DNA of 64,000 nucleotides from Convolutriloba macropyga (lineage: Eukaryota). Under the pieces are notes generated by a model. That model saw only the letters and a list, made by a program, of their open reading frames with translations, was not told the origin of the DNA and did no database searches. Of this stretch, positions 62,950 to 64,000 are shown piece after piece (the stretch's first letter is position 1; each line of letters opens with the position of its first letter). The translations under genes and the position numbers were made by a program. The DNA lies in assembly GCF_964194025.1 (NCBI RefSeq), contig NC_134472.1, positions 51,584,001 to 51,648,000 of the forward strand, written 5' to 3'.

Positions 62950-63400
62950 TTACGTTTCCTTTGCAAGATGCCTGTCTCTTTCGCAGAAACTCTTCTCGTA
63001 CTCTTGTTTTGGGTTAAATCTACCTTTCCAAAATATTAACTCTGTCGCCGATTTGGAAATTTTTCGCACCAATTAATCGAGATTTTGAAAAAAAAAGCGT
63101 CTGAATTTTTCTGAAAACTTTCTGATTTTTATAAACTACTCGATTTGAGGAATTATGTATAAATTTAAGGTTTAAGAACGATTCTTACAATTAGATGGTA
63201 ATACAATGGCGAAGAACAAACGGCAGACTTCACAACGGTTTTAAATGTCACTATGAACCTTGAAAATCAAATATCACAAGATTTAGACCCTGTTGTTATC
63301 ATTACTTGCTCATACCAAGAAAAGTTGATCTCAGGTTCCTTGATCTGTTTGTTTTTCTCAAACACAGTGTCTGTTCTCAATGATAACGTTGTTCACCATA
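62950..63400 (-). mobile_element. Possible decayed DDE integrase remnant
   Basis: Only two short motifs: QTDQGT (~63335-63352) and FQIGDRV (~63038-63058), in integrase order. Confidence 0.2.
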
Positions 63401-64000
63401 ATTATTCTCAGACACTATCTTGGTTTTGATTTTTGAGCAAAAAAATTGGATGATAATTGGTCAAAAAATTTGTCTCCCAAAAAAATAGGCCGTAAAATTT
63501 GACTGTAAAACTTGTACGTTTCGAGTGTTTCTGATTAATAATAATTTTTTGAATCTTTCCGAAGAAAAAGAAGCACATTTGAATAAATTTCAAATTGGTC
63601 AATGTTCAGCTCTTCTTGATATGAGAGTTTGCGAACAGACGAAGAATATAGAAGTCTGCTGTTAACGAACAAACAAAGGTCTCCTGTATATGGAGCCAAA
63701 TATCAACACAAAAGGAAACAATTCTAATCTTCCGTGGCTGCGCAGCAATTCAGCAAAAATTATTGTAGAAGGTTTCATCCATATGTTTTTTTTGATCCAC
63801 AAGCAACTGACAATGCTTGTTTGATGCCCTTAAAGTCAACGGAAACATAAATCAGTCAAAAAGAAAAATTCTAAATGACTCTAGAAAACCGCAAAAAACA
63901 GAACGGAAGGAAAGTCAAAAATTAAGCTAAACAGAAGAGAGGTGACCATATTTTTCTGCAATATAGGGGCCAATTTATCATTAGATTAAAAGAAATGCTG

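Overview
AT-rich, repeat-dense eukaryotic (animal-like) genomic DNA; no prokaryotic operons or CRISPR arrays. Three recognisable genes lie on the minus strand: RFC1 (two coding exons around a ~5.9 kb repeat-filled intron), SETD1/Set1 H3K4 methyltransferase (one uninterrupted ~1.4 kaa ORF) and a MOB3-family kinase activator (uninterrupted). A fourth, small spliced gene (~108 aa, unrecognised family) that the ORF track misses can be assembled from short exons at 33774-28866 (-). The non-coding space is dominated by at least three families of non-autonomous elements with Helentron/DINE-1 (HINE)-like ends: A-run, short hairpin, subterminal inverted repeat at one end and a palindromic subTIR at the other. 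One family carries an internal tRNA-like Pol III cassette, and another family's terminus is amplified into an ~835 bp tandem array. Also present are a young 5'-truncated CR1/L2-group LINE with a (TAC)n tail, several decayed LINEs (one CRE-like), a tRNA-derived SINE, one well-supported and one tentative solo LTR, satellites, and several template-switch-like duplications and inversions. All calls come from reading the sequence by eye; no database search was run.
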